From a virus (lineage: Duplodnaviria > Caudoviricetes), in the IMG/VR virus record IMGVR_UViG_3300023173_000094, positions 1-26,336 of that record: DNA of 26,336 nucleotides; one strand, given 5' to 3'. Every line of letters begins with the position of its first letter. Position 1 is the first letter of the stretch. Below, piece after piece: positions 25,462 through 26,336 of the stretch. A model generated the notes under the pieces. The model was not told where the DNA came from and did no database searches. It worked only from the letters and a program-made list of their open reading frames with translations. Position numbers and translations under genes: made by a program.

Positions 25462-25839
25462 TTAGAAAGGAAGGTCGTTCATCTTACCATCTGGACCGAC
25501 AGAGACAAGTTCAGGCATCGTGTTTTCATTCTTCTTTCCAAGAACTTGCACTCGTGATGCGATGACCTCTGTTGTGTATCTGTCATTGCCTTCTTTGTCT
25601 TGCCATTTCCTTGTGGTGATCTTGCCTTCAATAAATACTTGGCTTCCTTTCTGAATAAAGTCTGGAAGGTTTCGCCAATACACAATGTTGTGCCATTCTG
25701 TTGATTCTTGCCATTCTCCATTCTTGTCTTTATAGCTTGAAGAAGTAGCTAATGAAAAGTTTGAGACTGTCTGATCACCGACATCTCTTTTTTCGACATC
25801 TTTTCCGATGTTGCCAATTAAAATGATCTTATTGTACAT
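25462..25839 (-). CDS. ssb: Single-stranded DNA-binding protein
   Basis: NKIILIGNIGKD, FSLATS, TEWHNIV.W, KG.QVFIEGKI.TRKW.DKEG.DRYTTEV; C-terminal DLPF. Confidence 0.96.
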   Translation of the reverse strand: MYNKIILIGNIGKDVEKRDVGDQTVSNFSLATSSSYKDKNGEWQESTEWHNIVYWRNLPDFIQKGSQVFIEGKITTRKWQDKEGNDRYTTEVIASRVQVLGKKNENTMPELVSVGPDGKMNDLPF

Positions 25840-25863
25840 AATTATGATTTTGATTAAAATTAA

Positions 25864-26334
25864 TTAAAATATGTCAAAAGGACTTTCATCTGGTTCAACT
25901 AATTCATCATATACAGTAAACTTTCTATTGTTAAATGATCTTTTCCATCTGCCTGTTTCTCCATGTCTGTTTTTTGCAAGTATCAATTCTGTGTACTGAT
26001 CCTGAGATTCGTGGTTGTAATAATTGTCTCTGTACACGAAATAAATCTGATCAGCGTCTTGTTCTATCGCTCCAGAATCACGAAGGTCTGAAAGCATTGG
26101 TCTTTTGTCCGATCTTTGCTCTAAGGCACGAGACAACTGTGACAGACAGATTGTGCAGACATTACAGTCAGATTGTTTCGATGCCAATTTCAGCTTTCTT
26201 GTCATCACGCTTACTTGTTCTGTTCTTGATAATCGTACATCACCGGGATCAATCAGTTGTAGATAATCAATGAAGACCATTTGTATTCCGTATTTACGCT
26301 TCATGAAACGCATTGAAGCGATGATGTCATCTAT
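25864..26334 (-). CDS. dnaB: Replicative DNA helicase DnaB-like, C-terminal part (5' partial)
   Basis: IDYLQL, LSQLSR, RPMLSDLRDSGAIEQDAD, AKNRHGETG; the frame is open to the window edge. Confidence 0.95.
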   Translation of the reverse strand: MDDIIASMRFMKRKYGIQMVFIDYLQLIDPGDVRLSRTEQVSVMTRKLKLASKQSDCNVCTICLSQLSRALEQRSDKRPMLSDLRDSGAIEQDADQIYFVYRDNYYNHESQDQYTELILAKNRHGETGRWKRSFNNRKFTVYDELVEPDESPFDIF

Positions 26335-26336
26335 TT

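Noticed and set aside
24912-26273. Plus-strand ORFs at 24912, 25042 and 25935
   Set aside because: Antisense to ninG-like, ssb and dnaB; their hydrophobic look is an artefact of A-rich sense codons.
1-26336. Stop-codon reassignment (as in some crAss-like phages), CRISPR array, tRNA, integrase, DGR
   Set aside because: Genes tile densely under the standard code; no repeat-spacer array, cloverleaf, recombinase, reverse transcriptase or TR/VR pair was seen.

Overview
This is a 26.3-kb, AT-rich segment of a tailed dsDNA phage or prophage. The host is most likely Bacteroidota: leaders are A-rich without Shine-Dalgarno motifs, there is a TAnnTTTG -7 promoter element, and signal peptides follow the Q-rule. 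The + strand carries a putative DNA-modification module (ParB-like, ABC-ATPase, Mom-like GNAT, DUF932, ASCH), then small and large terminase, a four-gene accessory cassette with its own promoter, portal, head-morphogenesis protein, tail/fibre genes, a tail-tube-like gene, scaffold, major capsid, holin, GH108 endolysin and a metallophosphoesterase, closed by a terminator. The - strand carries the end of a converging replication/recombination operon (dnaB C-terminus, ssb, NinG-like). Main findings: (1) the ATPase and GNAT are joined only by a -1 shift at T_TTA_AAA within an A10 run; (2) a 1242-aa fibre-like protein and a neighbour carry Sec signal peptides, and most of the fibre plus the neighbour lie in a GATC-depleted, apparently swapped module; (3) a fixed-spacing motif AAGTCATTG-N20-nATnwTTG precedes three structural operons; (4) a compact H-type pseudoknot and tandem T-AT-A palindromes lie in the accessory cassette; (5) CCWGG, CTAG and GGCC appear to be absent. 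All family calls come from motif recognition by eye, not database searches, and k-mer counts are manual.
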